From: Adineta vaga | Lineage: Eukaryota > Animalia > Rotifera | Assembly (NCBI GenBank): GCA_021613535.1 | Contig: CP075492.1 | Location: 1,178,001 to 1,242,000 of the forward strand | DNA length: 64,000 nt | Direction: 5' to 3' | Shown: piece after piece, positions 63,061 to 64,000 of the stretch | Layout: every line of letters starts with the position of its first letter | Numbering within the stretch: position 1 is the first letter of the stretch | The notes under the pieces: generated by a model | Seen by the model: only the letters and a program-made list of their open reading frames with translations | Databases searched by the model: none | Told to the model about the DNA's origin: nothing | Position numbers and translations under genes: made by a program

Positions 63061-63142
63061 CAATGATTAGCGTGCGGGTGTGGGTACAGAATGAATGTCA
63101 CACCCACACTCTCTATTTCAGTTTAACCTACATCACTGGGGC

Positions 63143-64000
63143 TTATTTCAGCAGTGCACTAGAAGCAAATAATTGTACGAAACATGTGGGGATTTCTAAA
63201 GCAGTATTATTGAGTGCATTGATCGCAATTGGTTCTCCGAGGCATAATTCTTCCCGTTGATATAAATCGGCGAAATGATTTGTGGTAAGATATCGGAACT
63301 TTGTGCGCATGTTCAGACTTTTCAGAGAACGCGACCACTCTTCGGGCTGGAACGAAGTCAATTGTTCCTCCATTTCGTACTGAAAGTGCTCGATATCCTT
63401 CCAATAGAGCAGTTTGAATAATACGTCTTCGCCAAAATCACTGGTAAAATGACTCGTGTCTCGTCATGTGATGATATGGACATTGAATTCTCAGAGAATG
63501 GAATATTCCGTTCTTGTGCGATGTAATTAGCTACCGCAGCCACATCATCTTTGTGTAAACCGAACGAACGTACAGCGATAGAATCAGTAAGTGTTGACCA
63601 GTTACGTGGTGGACATGGTTCTCGGGTATAAAACATCACTTGCAGTCCTGCATTTATTAGTGGTGCTATATATTGCTGTAAGAAAGCTTCTTCTGTGAAT
63701 GTTGACGAACGTGAGAGCAGTTCGTGCAGGACGGATTGACAACTGATAAGAACAGTCAATATTTCACCTTGTTCGTGCCAATTGAGCAGGTTGTAATACC
63801 ACTTTTGCTGCAGCATCCATGACATCATCTTCGACGACAACAGCAATACCTTGAGCACGAGCTTCAGCTGCTGCACATGGACTAATTTCCACAAGGATAC
63901 CATACTGAGAAACTAATGCGTCCATTAGTGCAAATAGATCTGAACCATCCGCTCCTCCTATCGACACCACTGCTGTAGAGCTGCGTATGTTTGTTAAATC
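63143..64000 (-). CDS. Class I SAM-dependent methyltransferase-like protein, 5' end outside the window; two apparent frameshifts (~63800, ~63430)
   Basis: VVSIGGADG (motif I), LVEISP (acidic end of beta2), VVEDDV, CQSVLHE, then ..YEMEEQLTSF..EW; no introns in the visible part; higher GC than neighbouring genes. Confidence 0.55.

Noticed and set aside
1-64000. Prokaryotic operon or defence-island interpretation
   Set aside because: Spliceosomal introns, poly(A) signals, GPCRs and eukaryotic transposons show this is an animal genome; the bacterial-like domains sit among or within intron-containing genes.

Overview
AT-rich eukaryotic genomic DNA with short GT-AG introns. The gene content strongly suggests a bdelloid rotifer (inference): receiver-like/ADP-ribosyltransferase/TPR protein, LDLa-EGF-7TM receptor, bacterial-style Kelch/NHL/FG-GAP propellers, an expanded 7TM family, and TGTGGG/TGAGGG telomere-type motifs. 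The window is an accessory, fast-turnover region. (i) At least 6 near-complete copies and 2 fragments of an uncharacterised ~420-aa 'TM1 - Cys-rich ectodomain - TM2(GGL)' module; one gene splices three modules in tandem and another fuses two modules to a membrane-anchored FG-GAP propeller. (ii) Secreted proteins that join an N-terminal Cys/PAN-like domain to a beta-propeller through phase-1 introns. (iii) Two R-S-E clade ADP-ribosyltransferases, one ending in a CaaX box. (iv) A tandem ubiquitin-like protein without a GG end, two GPCRs, NAPE-PLD, a truncated ABCB transporter and a bacterial-like SAM methyltransferase. (v) A complete 5.7-kb CACTA/EnSpm transposon, a Helitron with a nested hAT MITE, a Helentron/DINE-like element and several MITEs. 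(vi) A dispersed family of short inverted repeats built from telomere-like hexamers between genes. Several 1-2 nt frameshifts lie in homopolymer or dinucleotide runs and may be sequencing errors rather than real lesions. No rRNA, tRNA or CRISPR array was recognised.
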